In this document: piece by piece, positions 49,479 to 63,700 of the stretch
Layout of the letters: each line of letters starts with the position of its first letter
Numbering within the stretch: the stretch's first letter is position 1
Assembly (NCBI GenBank): GCA_030704615.1
Contig: CM060731.1
Location: 55,428,001-55,492,000, forward strand
From: Takakia lepidozioides
Taxonomy: Eukaryota; Plantae; Bryophyta
Direction: 5' to 3'
Length of the DNA stretch: 64,000 nt
Position numbers and translations under genes: made by a program
Notes under the pieces: generated by a model
Seen by the model: the letters and a program-made list of their open reading frames with translations, nothing else
Told to the model about the DNA's origin: nothing
Database searches by the model: none

Positions 49479-51361
49479 GTCACCAACAACCACATTCTGT
49501 CATCGACCAATTAACGGCTCAAAACATGCGCACAATTTCGGCTAGAGCTTTCTATCCTCTGAAGATGGTACTCAAGAAATCGTAAAGGTTTGAACAACAC
49601 TACTGATTCGCAGGTCACATGCATCAAAGTACTGAAGAGAGAACAGAAACTCATTCTTCGCACATTGGTAGCAAACCCTACAAACTTACACTCACCAGAC
49701 TCCCTCCTTGACGCACTATCTGACACCCTAAACCACAACCATGGTTTCCATAACCAACAATCCCACACAGAAAGTAGGCTGCGAAGACAGACACAACACC
49801 GTTCAACCAAGAAGCAAGAGACGTCACAAAAATCAGATGAAGACCTTTGAACAGCAAACAGAAGCAGAGAGGAAAGGGAGAGTGCAATTGCCCGTTGTGT
49901 GGGCAATCTGAAGACAGTATTCATTTTCTGATACACTGTCCAGGGTTCTCTCACCAAAGAGACGCTCTCTTCAAATCTATCAAGGGAATTGTGCCTGTAC
50001 CCCTGTTTACCAACTTTGAAAGTCTCGAAGCTGAGCCGAAAGCCCAGGCCCTCCTGAGGCCTAGTTTTTGGGCAAATCAAACACAGCAGATTGATGCTTG
50101 TGTGAAGGGATTTCTAGAGGATATCTGGAAAACCCGGATTAATTCTATATATCAAGGTAAGTCTTACTACCAACATCAGCCTCTGACAGAGGTAGGTTCT
50201 ATCCCTTTTGTTCCCGCTCAAACTGGGCACGGGGTCAATGTCCACAAGGCTACGGCAAACAACGTCCTATGAGTACAATCTATCTTGAATCTGAGCAGAT
50301 TCCATCCTACGGAATAAATAAATTATTTGCAAACCCTGATGGGTGAACGCAGCCAAGAAACTTACACCACACCTAGTTGCCAGGAGTGCGCAACCCTGAG
50401 TGCACATCCAGAATTCGACATCTAAATAACAAACAACCGTGTCTGCCAAGGACCCAACCCAGGAACAAGAATTGTTAACACTTTCTAGTCCACTTTTTAC
50501 CCTCCACACTTTACACAGTCACTTCAAGATCTCTCCTCTTGCCCATGGTGATACAAGGGAGGGAGGTAGAAGGTGCTGTAGATTCTTGGGAGAGCTTTGC
50601 CACTTCTGCTGCTGATAGAGTCATGGAAGGAAACTAATTATCTGTGGTAGAGCAGTAAATTGGTGGACCCATGAGATCAAGCTCAAGATTGCTGAGAGGC
50701 AGGCGCTCTAAAAGGACTGCTGTAATATCAAAGATGAAAAAACGCTCTGGTCTAGATACTACCAACTGCGTAAAGAGGTCAATCAGCTTGGAAGGGATCA
50801 GAAGAGGCTTTACTGGGAGAAGTTGTACAGTGACATAAACTTAACCCACCATGGTCATATTGACAAAAGATTCTGGTTGGCCTTACAGCCAATCATCATA
50901 ACACCAACAATTGCACAACCCTACATGTACCCTACCTGGATCTTGGCAAGAACCACAACAGTGATAGACAATGTATATAGACTGGGAAAACATAACACAC
51001 CAAAGAGAAAGAAGACAAGAATGCAGAACGCTTTTAACCTGCCCTCATCTGCCGCAACCTGATCGACCTTAAGAAAATAAGTGTCCTTTTAAGTCTGGAA
51101 AACTTGGACATTCAATGAGCTAGCAAAACACATTTTAGCACAAAACCCTAACTGCTCCGGCTCACCTACACGGTCCTAAAGCATACCTGCATGAGTATGT
51201 GGGCGTGTAGAACAACAGGTCATAATCAAGCAAAGATTCTGAATTCAAGGTGCCAAGAATCTACATAACCTGGGCCCACGGTACGGTGTGGCTAACATGC
51301 AGTAATGAACTTTAGTGCTGCGGTGCACACTAGCGCAAGAGACCGATAGCGAACAAGTACA

Positions 51362-51397
<36 letters not shown>

Positions 51398-54300
51398 TAA
51401 AGAGAGCTTGAAATTGCTGGGAGGGAAGCGAATGGAAGCTGCGGGTGCGACAATCCAATCTTGAATCTGAGCAGATTCCATCCTACGGAATAAATAAATT
51501 ATTTGCAAACTTTAAGCACCTGACCTTGTGTTCATTGACTGCTTAAACTACTCGAACTCAAGACAGAAAAGCAAAGAAAAGCAACAAAACCAGGAAGTAA
51601 AGCAAAACCCTGATACCTGCTGTAGGTGCTACAAAAGAAGTATCCCCACAACAGACGTATGTGACCAACCAAGAATACTCGAGGTGTGCTGAGGTGCTCA
51701 ACCCTTACAGTAGCCATAGCTGAGAAAAAAACTAATCTGCAAACCCTCAGCACTTAGGAATGGTTTGACACAATATTCTGAAAGATCGTTGATTCACAAA
51801 CTCAGAGCTAACAAAAACGAGTCCAGCCAAAGGCTCAATGACGAAACAGATAAACTGCAAAATCTTCAAGATCTCTCCTCTTGCCCATGGTGATACAAGG
51901 GAGGGAGGTAGAAGGTGCTGTAGATTCTTGGGAGAGCTTCGCCACTTCTGCTGCTAATAGAGTCATGGAAGGAAACTAATTATCTGTGGTAGAGCAGTAA
52001 ATTGGTGGACCCATGAGATCAAGCTCAAGATTGCTGAGAGGCAGGCGCTCTATAAGGACTGCTGTAATATCAAAGATGAAAAAATGCTCTGGTCTAGATA
52101 CTACCAACTGCGTAAAGTGGTCAATCAGCTTGTAAGGGATCAGAAGAGGCTTTACTGGGAGAAGTTGTACAGTGACATAAACTTAACCCACCATGGTCGT
52201 AATGACAAAAGATTATGGTTGGCCTTACAGCCAATCATCATAAGACCAACAATTGCACAACCAATACATGTACCCTACCTGGATCTTGGCAAGAACCACA
52301 ACAGTGATAGACAATGTATATAGACTGGGAAAACGTAACACACCGAAGAGAAAAGAAGACAAGAACGCAGAACACTTTAAACCTGCCCTCATCTGCCGCA
52401 ATCTGACCGACCTTAAGAAACTAATAGTCCTTTAGGTCTGGAAACCTTCAAGTGCAAACCCAGTTACCTGCTGGGGGTGCTACAAAAGAATAAACCACAA
52501 GTATCAACCAACAAAACGACTTGGAATAAAATTAGAAGAGGGTGTAAGGACAGCAATCACTGTACTATTGATAACATACCAGCAGCTTCAGAGGGTTCAA
52601 AGCAAAAAACATAACGAAAAAAAAAACAAACCATAAACGCTACCAAGAAGCTGCTTGTAATGCTAAAAATATGCAAATATCTCAAGATACTAGATTCAGT
52701 TTGAAATACCCTGTCCTAACAAACAACCGTGTCTTTCAAAGGACCCCCCTCATATTTTACTTGTTAACATGGATCTATCGAATGAATAAACTGCATGTAT
52801 CAACCGTACACAGGATCACACACGGGATTGGGAGAAGCTGTTGAAACCCTGAGTGCACAACGCAGCCAAGAAACCAAAAAAATTGCAAACACTTGACTCC
52901 AAGCTACGCATTGAACAAATCAGTAACTGCAGCAGGTTCAACAATCAACTGCCCAATTGTCTTGCAAGAATTCAAATGTGCCTGCCCATCATCAGAATTG
53001 CAGACATAAAAACAAACGGGCTCAGACTGCCCTAGGCAACCCATCGACATTCACCAGACTCTCTCCATGACGCACTATCTGACACCCTAGCTAATGGGTG
53101 AACACTGTCACAGAAGGTTCTGCAGCCAAGGCGGTTTTGATTAACTCACATAAGTCACCAACAACCACATTCTGTCATCGACCAATTAACAGCTCAAAAC
53201 ATGCGCACAATTTCGGCTAGAGCTTTCTATCTTCTGAAGATGGTACTCAAGAAATCGTAAAGGTTTGAACAACACTACTGATTCGCAGGTCACATGCATC
53301 AAAGTACTGAAGAGAGAACAGAAACTCATTCTTCACACATTGGTAGCAAACCCTACAAACTTACACTCACCAGACTCTCTCCTTGACGCACTATCTGACA
53401 CCCTAAACCATCAACCATGGTTTCCATAACCAACAATCCCACAAAGAAAGTAGCCTGCGAAGACAGACACAACACCGTTCAACCAAGAAGCAAGAGACGT
53501 AACAAAAATCAGATGAAGATTTGAAACCCTAACCCTGTACATACTCTTGGGATGCCATTGAGCCTGTCTAAAACTGTTGCGGTTATGGTTATGGATGCAA
53601 AAAATCCAAGAGAGCTCCAGAGACACAAAGGAAGACTCCCTCTCCCTCACAATAAAAATAGAAGTGGATGCAAGGACGGCAATCACTCACAAGTGAACTA
53701 CCAAAATGACGGTTTAGAGTTAGGGTTTCAGGCCACACAACACTTTAAACCTGCCATCATCTGCCGCAATCTGACCGACCACTGCGCTTCAAGAGATTCA
53801 GAAGGGCTTGCCCTCTGACCTTGCACAAAAAGTGCCCACAAAGGTTCACGACCAGACATTTCCAAGAAGCAGTGCAATGCAGCAAGCTCAACAAAATGGC
53901 AACTCAAAACCATAGAACATGATCCGGCAACTTTTTCTTCAGCCATTCTCTGAGGGTAGGAGGCGCTGCCCGCAGCAATCTATCAACCAACAAAATGACT
54001 AGGAATATAAATTGGACGCTGCCATACGCTGGCTCTTATCAGACTGCTCGACAGCTCTATGAGCAGGCTGATTAGCATCGTTCTAGAAAATACATTCTAG
54101 AGAATTACCCTGGGTGATGCCTACCTGCAGGATATTTCAGGGAAAGGAAACAAAGAGAACTCATTCATTCATCAGGAGTAACTACAGATAACCAGATAAG
54201 GAAAAACTTAAGTAATCTACTCGATGCAACAAATAAAGACAACCCTAGGCACTCATGAGAAATGAGGGGTTTGAACGATACTACTCATATTTGCAGCCAC

Positions 54301-54741
54301 GCATCAAACAAACCCTAGCTATGAAAAGAATCAAGAAAAGATCACAGCATCAGCAACCTAGGTGCCAAGAATCTACACAACCTCTGAATTACACCAAACG
54401 GGACATTGGGGATTTAGGGGACCCTGCGGGAGTAAACATAACCTACGGGACAAACAGCTCCAGTAAGTACAAGAAGACATACCCTACAACCCTTGCTACG
54501 AAAGCCTTGCAAAAATTTATGGAGTGAAGGCAAGTGGAGCTTCTGCCTGCCTTCACAAAGTTTGCAAAGCTTTCAATAACCTTGAAACGATCTGGTGACA
54601 ACAAACCCTAAGTACTTAAACCTCACTATTAGCAAACTCAGGCCGCAGAGCCCTAAGAAACTCAGACCGCCACAGGAAAACCTAAATTATCCCGATGACA
54701 AAACCCCGATGACAGGGAGAAGGGTTTACCACTGCCTTTAC

Positions 54742-54955
54742 TTGTGTCTGTTGTTGAAGGAGCATCAACCTGCTTAAAGGTATAGTCTCCTGGGTCCAAG
54801 GAATCACTCCCAAGCAGCAGAACTCCCTCTTGATCAAACAGATCCCCATTACGCCGTAGAGCATTCAAAACATCCACAGCTGTCTTAGGAGCGCGGAGCT
54901 TGGCAATCTCAGAGCCGCCTTCTTGAATGAAAATGAGATCCCGCCTTGTGCCCAT
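54742..54955 (-). CDS. Probable CR-type header exon (ubiquitin-like, tentative), copy 2
   Basis: Two amino-acid differences from 25467-25680. Confidence 0.5.
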
Positions 54956-56522
54956 GAGTTGCTATCAGACTAGCACTGCAGCGGGAAGGAACTCCGCGAA
55001 CGCAAGGTGTAAAGAAAGAAAGACGGGCACAGATCGAGCGCTCAGGAGGGGAGAAATTCGCGTGAGGACCTAGAGTGTTTTTTTCCGCTCATGCTCATGC
55101 CGCTCGTGAAATAGCAGCCCCCGGTGTATCCGCCATATCTGGAGCTGTATCTTGCAGGCTGACCAACCTTGATAGTATTTTATTAAGATACACGATGGGA
55201 GAAGACCTGAACAGACAGCCCGCAATGTTAACAGCTTTTTCCCCAAGTCATCTGCCACACAAGAAGTACTCTACCATAACTACCCCAGGGCCAGAGGGAC
55301 CATGAGCTCCCAAGGCACAGTTGGTACTAACTCTAACTGAACGAAGGCAGTATCAAGATCCAAAAACTCAACGAAAACAACTAGGAGACCTTCCACTAGG
55401 AGACCTTCCTCCTTTCAAGAACCAAATAAATTAGTTTCAAACACATCAACAAGGTCGAAGCACTTACGTGTAAGTAGAGGTTTAGCCTTATTGCAACTCC
55501 TGTCGCTCAATTCATCCGCCAATCCGCTCCTGTCTCAATCGAAACGCTCTGCACTAGTGTTCCTGCACCAGGTGCTGCACATTAATATTCTCTCATTCAC
55601 ATCAGATTAACAGAGTTGCAATGTCCTCTCAATGTCTCCATCGTTCCAAAACTTCGCCACTCTTATATGGGTGCGCATGCAAGGATGGAGTTATCTTGAT
55701 ATGGTGCAAAAAATCCTTCACAGCCAATGCAGATAATACTGCTCGTTCACTGCAAATGAAATTAGCTAGCTAATGAGAAGCAACGGTCTGTGAAAAGATA
55801 AATTAACCTACTCTAGCTTCATTGTTCTCTGAATAAGGTAGTCAAGACTATGCGGATTATCTATCTCATAGAAAACGGAAGAGAGGAAGATTTTTCTCTG
55901 GTACCGGAGTCCGCAAAACTCCTTCAAATGTCGAAAGTCTCCTCTCCCTCTCTGCTACAGTCGCGATTGAGCGGGCTCACAAAATACATTGAGGTGAAGT
56001 AATTCGTTGTGCAGATCAATGCTATCAATCGAAGTAATGGATGGACAAACCAGGCTCAGTTCCTGAAAGAAGCTAATATCAAGCCACAGCAAGAGCGGTA
56101 TATCAGTACAGGCTAGCCGAGCTTTTGACAACATTTTCTGCTTGCCTGCGTCTGTGGGCCTCTCTGCTGTACGCGGGCTCGTCTTTGAGCGTTCTTGTTT
56201 CGGATTCAGCCTGCGTGTGCAAGCGTTTTGGCTTTTGTGTGCGTGCGGGTTCTCGGCGGGGTTGTTCGAGGTAATAAAGCTTCCGCCGCGGTTGATCATC
56301 AGCTGCGTGGATACTATTCTTTTTTGTGCGTCTGTTGTTTCTCTTGATCATGTGCCTGGACGGACGAAGTGGTTGGTGTGTCGAAATTAAACCATCACTC
56401 ATTCGGTGATCTAGGGTTTGGTGGGCGGTGTACAGGTTGAACATGGATAGCGCTTTTTAAGTCGCTTGATTAGCCCGTCCTTTCTTCTGGAGCTTCTTTC
56501 TTCGCTTGCAACTCTTTGCCTG

Positions 56523-56757
56523 ATGGAGGACATGGAGGTGGTTGACGCCTACGGAGACCTCCGCCAACTCTTGCAGGCGAAATGTCTAGGTTCGAAGTTC
56601 AGTGATACCGACATCAAGAGATTGGTGGATGCGGGATTTGAATCAGAAACTGATCTTAAAGCAGGCGATAGGGAATCCTTGATGAGCACTCTTCCTGGAC
56701 GACCTGGTAAAGTGGCCGTTCTCCTCAAGACATTCGCCCAATCTGAAGCCACCACAG
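56523..56757 (+). CDS. Probable SAM-like header exon
   Basis: MEDMEVVDAYGDLRQLL..FSDTDIKRLVDAGFESETDLKAGDRESLMSTLPGRPGKVAVLLKTF, ending acag|gtgcgt (phase-1 donor). Confidence 0.5.
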
Positions 56758-57912
56758 GTGCGTTTGGTCTAATTCGGAGGTTATGACGTTTTAGGGTTTT
56801 CTTAGCATGAAGACTGTTTTTTCGTTCAATTTTTTTCTTCGAATACCGCTGCTGATGCTGGGATCTTTTCTTGATACTTTTGATAGCTAGGGTTTGTTTA
56901 TTTCACGCTACAAGTATCAGTAATTCTTAACATTCAAAAGTCCACAAACGATCACTATCACTTCTATTAGCAACCCCCTTGTGAGAAGGAAGCGACAAGA
57001 GAAGGGCAGAGATAACTAAGAAAGAGGAGGTCTCTAAGAAAAAGGAGAACATTGATGGGATTGTAGGAGGAAACTCGCTCTGACATGTGCCAGTAGAGCA
57101 GGATTAGACTGGATATTTCAAGCAGAGTGAATCACATGGTCTTAATTTGGGCCTCCAATTCTTTTGGAGCAATCAGAGATTGATCAACAAGTAGCATATT
57201 GGTGTGAGGTAGATATAGAGTCATTTCAATCGCATAATGTCCTTCTTTAATTTTTTAACCATCTCATAAAACTCAGCACACAACATCACTTCAAACAGGG
57301 TTTAAGTCTCAGATCTTGTGAGAAGAAAAGATGTCCTAACCTGGTCAGGTTTAGGGTTTAGAGTTTGTCGTCACCGGGTCATTTGCTCCTTTTGAAGAGG
57401 AAATGATAATATTAGGTATGACTTCAGAATCCTTGGTTGATTATGATCTCAAATGCCAATGAGCAGCTTGTCTTCTAACGCATTCCTTCGTCAGGTGCAG
57501 AACCTTCTGTGACAGTGTTCACCCATTAGCTAGGGTGTCAGATAGTGTGTCATGGAGAGAGTCTGGTGAATGTCGATGGGTTGCCTAGGGCAGACTGAGC
57601 CCGTTTGTTTTTATGTCTGCAATTCTGATGATGGGCAGGCACATTTGAATTCTTGATGGGCAGTTGATTGTTGAACCCGCTGCAGTTGCTGATTTGTTCA
57701 ATGCATAGCTTGGAGTCAAGTGTTTGCAATTTTTTTGGTTTCTTGGCTGCGTTGTGCACTCAGGGTTTCAACAGCTTCTCCCAATCCCGTGTGTGATCCT
57801 GTGTACGGTTGATACACGCAGTTTATTCATTCGATAGATCCATGTTAACAAGTAATATATGAGGAGGGTCCTTTGAAAGACACGGTTGTTTGTTATTTAT
57901 ATGGCTCTACAG

Positions 57913-60731
57913 CAGATTACTTAAGTTTTTCCTTATCTGGTTATCTGTAGTTACTCCTGATGAATGAATGAGTTCTCTTTGTTTCCTTTCCCTGCAATAT
58001 CCTGCAGGTAGGCATCACCCAGGGTAATTCTCTAGAATGTATTTTCTAGAACGATGCTAATCAGGCTGCTCATAGAGCTGTCGAGCAGTCTGATAAGAGC
58101 CAGCGTATGGCAGCGTCCAATTTATATTCCTAGTCATTTTGTTGGTTGATAGATTGCTGCGGGCAGCGCCTCCTACCCTCAGAGAATGGCTGAAGAAAAA
58201 GTTGCCGGATCATGTTCTATGGTTTTGAGTTGCCATTTTGTTGAGCTTGCTGCATTGCACTGCTTCTTGGAAATGTCTGGCCGTGAACCTTTGTGGGCAC
58301 TTTTCGTGCAAGGTCAGAGGGCAAGCCCTTCTGAATCTCTTGAAGCGCAGTGGTCGGTCAGATTGCGGCAGATGATGGCAGGTTTAAAGTGTTGTGTGGC
58401 CTGAAACCCTAACTCTAAACCGTCATTTTGGTAGTTCACTTGTGAGTGATTGCCGTCCTCGCATCCACTTCTATTTTTATTGTGAGGGAGAGGGAGTCTT
58501 CCTTTGTGTCTCTGGAGCTCTCTTGGATTTTTTGCATCCATAACCATAACCGCAACAGTTTTGGACGGGCTCAATGGCATCCCAAGAGTATGTACAGGGT
58601 TAGGGTTTCAAATCTTCATCTGATTTTTGTTACGTCTCTTGCTTCTTGGTTGAACGGTGTTGTGTCTGTCTTCGCAGGCTACTTTCTTTGTGGGATTGTT
58701 GGTTATGGAAACCATGGTTGATGGTTTAGGGTGTCAGATAGTGCGTCAAGGAGGGAGTCTGGTGAGTGTAAGTTTGTAGGGTTTGCTACCAATGTGTGAA
58801 GAATGAGTTTCTGTTCTCTCTTCAGTACTTTGATGCATGTGACCTGCGAATCAGTAGTGTTGTTCAAACCAACGATTTCTTGAGTACCATCTTCAGAAGA
58901 TAGAAAGCTCTAGCCGAAATTGTGCGCATGTTTTGAGCTGTTAATTGGTCGATGACAGAATGTGGTTGTTGGTGACTTATGTGAGTTAACCAAAACCGCC
59001 TTGGCTGCAGAACCTTCTGTGACAGAGTTCACCCATTAGCTAGGGTGTCAGATAGTGCGTCATGGAGAGAGTCTGGTGAATGTCGATGGGTTGCCTAGGG
59101 CAGTCTGAGCCCGTTTGTTTTTATGTCTGCAATTCTGATGATGGGCAGGCACATTTGAATTCTTGCAAGACAATTGGGCAGTTGATTGTTGAACCTGCTG
59201 CAGTTACTGATTTGTTCAATGCGTAGCTTGGAGTCAAGTGTTTGCAATTTTTTTGGTTTCTTGGCTGCGTTGTGCACTCAGGGTTTCAACAGCTTCTCCC
59301 AATCCCGTGTGTGATCCTGTGTACGGTTGATACATGCAGTTTATTCATTCGATAGATCCATGTTAACAAGTAAAATATGAGGGGGGTCCTTTGAAAGACA
59401 CGGTTGTTTGTTAGGACAGGGTATTTCAAACTGAATCTAGTATCTTGAGATATTTGCATATTTTTAGCATTACAAGCAGCTTCTTGGTAGCGTTTATGGT
59501 TTGTTTTTTTTTTCGTTATGTTTTTTGCTTTGAACCCTCTGAAGCTGCTGGTATGTTATCAATAGTACAGTGATTGCTGTCCTTACACCCTCTTCTAATT
59601 TTATTCCAAGTCGTTTTGTTGGTTGATACTTGTGGTTTATTCTTTTGTAGCACCCCCAGCAGGTAACTGGGTTTGCACTTGAAGGTTTCCAGACCTAAAG
59701 GACTATTAGTTTCTTAAGGTCGGTCAGATTGCGGCAGATGAGGGCAGGTTTAAAGTGTTCTGCGTTCTTGTCTTCTTTTCTCTTCGGTGTGTTACGTTTT
59801 CCCAGTCTATATACATTGTCTATCACTGTTGTGGTTCTTGCCAAGATCCAGGTAGGGTACATGTATTGGTTGTGCAATTGTTGGTCTTATGATGATTGGC
59901 TGTAAGGCCAACCATAATCTTTTGTCATTACGACCATGGTGGGTTAAGTTTATGTCACTGTACAACTTCTCCCAGTAAAGCCTCTTCTGATCCCTTACAA
60001 GCTGATTGACCACTTTACGCAGTTGGTAGTATCTAGACCAGAGCATTTTTTCATCTTTGATATTACAGCAGTCCTTATAGAGCGCCTGCCTCTCAGCAAT
60101 CTTGAGCTTGATCTCATGGGTCCACCAATTTACTGCTCTACCACAGATAATTAGTTTCCTTCCATGACTCTATTAGCAGCAGAAGTGGCGAAGCTCTCCC
60201 AAGAATCTACAGCACCTTCTACCTCCCTCCCTTGTATCACCATGGGCAAGAGGAGAGATCTTGAAGATTTTGCAGTTTATCTGTTTCGTCATTGAGCCTT
60301 TGGCTGGACTCGTTTTTGTTAGCTCTGAGTTTGTGAATCAACGATCTTTCAGAATATTGTGTCAAACCATTCCTAAGTGCTGAGGGTTTGCAGATTAGTT
60401 TTTTTCTCAGCTATGGCTACTGTAAGGGTTGAGCACCTCAGCACACCTCGAGTATTCTTGGTTGGTCACATACGTCTGTTGTGGGGATACTTCTTTTGTA
60501 GCACCTACAGCAGGTATCAGGGTTTTGCTTTACTTCCTGGTTTTGTTGCTTTTCTTGCTTTTCTGTCTTGAGTTCGAGTATTTTAAGCAGTCAATGAACA
60601 CAAGGTCAGGTGCTTAAAGTTTGCAAATAATTTATTTATTCCGTAGGATGGAATCTGCTCAGATTCAAGATTGGATTGTCGCACCCGCAGCTTCCATTCG
60701 CTTCCCTCCCAGCAATTTCAAGCTCTCTTTA

Positions 60732-60767
<36 letters not shown>

Positions 60768-63700
60768 TGTACTTGTTCGCTATCGGTCTCTTGCGCTAGT
60801 GTGCACCGCAGCACTAAAGTTCATTACTGCATGTTAGCCACACCGTACCGTGGGCCCAGGTTATGTAGATTCTTGGCACCTTGAATTCAGAATCTTTGCT
60901 TGATTATGACCTGTTGTTCTACACGCCCACATACTCATGCAGGTATGCTTTAGGACCGTGTAGGTGAGCCGGAGCAGTTAGGGTTTTGTGCTAAAATGTG
61001 TTTTGCTAGCTCATTGAATGTCCAAGTTTTCCAGACTTAAAAGGACACTTATTTTCTTAAGGTCGATCAGGTTGCGGCAGATGAGGGCAGGTTAAAAGCG
61101 TTCTGCATTCTTGTCTTCTTTCTCTTTGGTGTGTTATGTTTTCCCAGTCTATATAACATTGTCTATCACTGTTGTGGTTCTTGCCAAGATCCAGGTAGGG
61201 TACATGTAGGGTTGTGCAATTGTTGGTGTTATGATGATTGGCTTAAGGCCAACCAGAATCTTTTGTCAATATGACCATGGTGGGTTAAGTTTATGTCACT
61301 GTACAACTTCTCCCAGTAAAGCCTCTTCTGATCCCTTACAAGCTGATTGACCTCTTTACGCAGTTGGTAGTATCTAGACCAGAGCGTTTTTTCATCTTTG
61401 ATATTACAGCAGTCCTTTTAGAGCGCCTGCCTCTCAGCAATCTTGAGCTTGATCTCATGGGTCCACCAATTTACTGCTCTACCACAGATAATTAGTTTCC
61501 TTCCATGACTCTATCAGCAGCAGAAGTGGCAAAGCTCTCCCAAGAATCTACAGCACCTTCTACCTCCCTCCCTTGTATCACCATGGGCAAGAGGAGAGAT
61601 CTTGAAGTGACTGTGTAAAGTGTGGAGGGTAAAAAGTGGACTAGAAAGTGTTAGCAATTCTGTTCCTGGTTGGGTCTTGGCAGACACGGTTGTTTGTTAT
61701 TTAGATGTCGAATTCTGGATGTGCACTCAGGGTTGCGCACTCCTGGCAACTAGGTGTGGTGTAAGTTTCTTGGCTGCGTCCACCCATCAGGGTTTGCAAA
61801 TAATTTATAAATTGTGCGCATGTTTTGAGCCGTTAATTGGTCGATGACAGAATGTGGTTGTTGGTGACTTACGTAGCCTTGTGGACATTGACCCCCGCCC
61901 CAGTTTTGAGCGGAACAAAAGGGATAGAACATACCTCTGTCAGGGGCTGACGTTGGTAGTAAGACTTACCTTGATATATAGAATTAATCCGGGTTTTCCA
62001 GATATCCTCTAGAAATCCCTTCACACAAGCATCAATCTGCTGTGTGTGGCCTCAGCAGGGCCTGGGCTTTCGGCTCAGCCTCGAGACTTTCAAAGTTGGT
62101 AAACAGGGGTACAGGCACAATTCCCTTGATAGATTTGAAGAGAGCGTCTCTTTGGTGAGAGAACCCTGGACAGTGTATCAAAAAATGAATACTGTCTTCA
62201 GATAGCCCACACAACGGGCAATTGCACTCTCTCTTTCCTCTCTGCTTCTGTTTGCTGTTCAAAGGTAGGCTTCCTGCCCTGAGTTTAAATTTCAGTCTAG
62301 TGCCGAGAGTGGGTAGACCCTTGAGGTCATCCAAGATGGTCCTCCCCCATGTCACTGACTGGAAACAGGTTCAGGGAAGTTTTCTCTGCCTAACTTCATT
62401 TTCATCAGACAATCTCATGGCAAAAGACGGCTTTGGCTTTGGACACTACAGCCTCTAAGTCAGATTTATCCAGCAGGGTCAGACTTGCGGCTCCAGGTCC
62501 ACGTCCTTGAGAATCTTCTTCTACTCTCTCTGCCAGGACTTAGCCTGTTTGACAGGGCGGTCCTGTTTTCCAGATATAGAGTCGATTACTTAGGATATCT
62601 GGTGTTGGGCATATGTTGCAGCTGACCCCACCATCTGACCTTGAATTCATCTCGTCGGAGCTTAAGGACGGAATGCCAAAGATTCAAGATAGAACAACAA
62701 TAGAACAATAGTGGAAAGAAAAGGGACAATTCTTCATGATTAGTTTGTTTCTTAGCTATGACTAGTGTTAGGTTAGTGACACTCGGTTAACGATCTCCCT
62801 TTGAAGGTGGGTTACTTTATTTTCATACTTGCCCTCTAGACACCCGATGACAATGCAAATCAATATGGGATTTGTTTAATCAAGAGGAGTTCTGCTGCTT
62901 GGGAGCGATTCCTTGGACCCAGGAGACTATACCTTTAAGCAGGTTGATGCTCCTTCAACAACAGACACAAGTAAAGGCAGTGGTAAACCCTTCTCCCTGT
63001 CATCGGGGTTTTGTCATCGGGATAATTTAGGTTTTCCTGTGGCGGTCTGAGTTTCTTAGGGCTCTGCGGCCTGAGTTTGCTGATAGTGAGGTTTAAGTAC
63101 TTAGGGTTTGTTGTCACCAGATCGTTTCAAGGTTATTGAAAGCTTTGCAACTTTGTGAGGCAGCAGAAGCTCCACTTGCTTCACTCCATAAATTTTTGCA
63201 AGGCTTTCGTAGCAAGGGTTGTAGGGTATGTCTTCTTGTACTTACTGGAGCTGTTTGTCCCGTAGGTTATGTTACTCCCGCAGGGTCCCCTAAATCCCCA
63301 ACGTCCCGTTTGGTGTAATTCAGAGGTTGTGTAGATTCTTGGCACTAGTTGCTGATGCTGGGATCTTTTCTTGATTCTTTTCATAACTAGGGTTGTTTGA
63401 TGCGTGGCTGCAAATATGAGTAGTATCGTTCAAACCCCTCATTTCTCGTGAGTGCCTAGGGTTGTCTTTATTTGTTGCATCGAGTATTTGTGGAGTTCTT
63501 GATACTTAGGTTTTGTTTCTGGAGTTTGTCTGGACAATGATTAGCTAGAGTAACGAGTTGCCTTGGTGATTTGAGATTCTTAGGTCCTGTGGCCTGAGTT
63601 GCTGATAGTGAGGGGTTCGTTTGTCACCCACCGATCATGGTAACTTCTGCCTTGATATTCTGGTAGTTGACTGTCATTTTGGTCGTTCACTTGTGAGTGC

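Larger units (their letters stand above)
47765..56135 (-). repeat. Segmental duplication, copy 2 (inverted)
   Basis: Reverse complement of 24287-31860, with an extra internal duplication at ~49480-50330. Confidence 0.92.
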
